From Candidatus Caldarchaeum sp. (GTDB lineage: Archaea > Thermoproteota > Nitrososphaeria_A > Caldarchaeales > Caldarchaeaceae): a stretch of 32,000 nucleotides of DNA. The stretch's first letter is position 1, and every line of letters starts with the position of its first letter. The translations under genes were made by a program, and so were the position numbers. Below are positions 31,562-32,000 of the stretch, one piece after another. The stretch lies in the NCBI GenBank assembly GCA_038832005.1, contig JAWBJZ010000008.1:1-32000 (forward strand), given 5' to 3'. Under the pieces are notes generated by a model, which saw only the letters and a list, made by a program, of their open reading frames with translations, did no database searches and was not told where the DNA came from.

Positions 31562-32000
31562 ATGGTTGAGGCTGCGTATTTAGCTGTAGCCGCCGTTGGC
31601 TTGTTGCATGGCTTAGAGCCTGGACATGGTTGGCCGGTCGCCATGCTGTATGCTGCCAGATATCCCAAACCCCTGTTGAGAGCCTTCGCCGGCAGCACGA
31701 TGATGTCTCTGTTTCATCTGATTTCTTCGCTGGCGGTTGTCGCCGCCTACGTAGTTTTAAAAACATTCATAGATTTCTCCGCAAGCTACATTAGCTACAT
31801 AGCTGGCGCGGCTCTCTTCGTCCTCGGAGTCAGATTCCTTCTTGAGGAAAGTGGTGAAGAACAGCACGACCACATCCACGAAAACTTCGCAGGCTGGCAC
31901 ACACATGAACACCAACACCCAGACGGGACAATTCACAGCCATCCACACTATCATGCGAAAAGAGTATACCTCACCCTAACGGGATTAGCAGTTTTCGCAT
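31562..32000 (+). CDS. Nickel/cobalt transporter, RcnA/NicO-like (partial, runs off the window)
   Basis: Not in the ORF track because it is open-ended. Translating from ATG 31562 gives MVEAAYLAVAAVGLLHGLEPGHGWPVAML... (RcnA-type H-x-L-E-P-G-H-G motif). Next come TM segments and a His-rich loop, EEQHDHIHENFAGWHTHEHQHPDGTIHSHPHYH. TTTAAAG lies about 25 nt upstream. Confidence 0.6.
   Translation, partial: MVEAAYLAVAAVGLLHGLEPGHGWPVAMLYAARYPKPLLRAFAGSTMMSLFHLISSLAVVAAYVVLKTFIDFSASYISYIAGAALFVLGVRFLLEESGEEQHDHIHENFAGWHTHEHQHPDGTIHSHPHYHAKRVYLTLTGLAVFA

Noticed and set aside
31483-31954. Three minus-strand ORFs (31483..31698, 31554..31766, 31757..31954)
   Set aside because: They are antisense to the open-ended plus-strand frame, which carries the RcnA-type HGLEPGHG motif and a His-rich loop.
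1-32000. CRISPR arrays, rRNA genes, transposases/integrases
   Set aside because: I saw no regularly spaced direct repeats, no rRNA-like sequence and no DDE/tyrosine-recombinase-like ORFs in any frame of the track.

Overview
Archaeal chromosomal segment. The evidence is A/T-rich TATA-like boxes about 25-30 nt upstream of many start codons, GAGGTGAT-type Shine-Dalgarno sites, FtsZ, an archaeal-type phosphopantetheine adenylyltransferase, protoglobin and a CydA plus CydA-like bd oxidase. I call about 39 protein genes and one tRNA-Gln(CUG). I saw no rRNA, CRISPR array or transposase. Most of the window is housekeeping or physiology. This includes Bcp peroxiredoxin, an adenosine-specific-kinase family protein, GGPP synthase, nitroreductase, an RHH-ftsZ pair, a small Toprim protein, SCP2, acyl-CoA synthetase and an Arch_ATPase. 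It also includes CDP-alcohol phosphatidyltransferase, a TsaA/TrmO-like methyltransferase, bd oxidase, GcvH, a tandem HxlR regulator, protoglobin, a PDCD5-like protein and TldD. PPAT, a B12-type radical SAM enzyme, a HAD hydrolase, MetRS and a truncated RcnA-like Ni/Co transporter complete the set. The most interesting part is a visibly AT-richer accessory stretch at about 21.8-26.2 kb, all on the minus strand. It contains (i) an ABC/AAA_21-type ATPase whose stop is 1 nt from the start of a 157-aa Toprim/DUF4276-RloB-like protein, a split-OLD / AbiL / PARIS-like architecture. It also contains (ii) a membrane-anchored winged-helix protein plus a tiny membrane protein, and (iii) a Panacea(DUF4065)-like protein followed by a PIN nuclease. 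A separate HEPN-MNT pair lies at 13.06-13.78 kb. Other points worth a second look: an RHH gene overlapping ftsZ by 8 nt (CdrS-like); a 20-bp tandem duplication that creates a coupled 7-codon uORF; and a MetRS whose HIGH motif lies upstream of any in-frame canonical start. There is also a 148-bp convergent gene overlap and an orphan B12-radical-SAM gene. All functional calls rest on motifs I can read in the translations. No database search was run.
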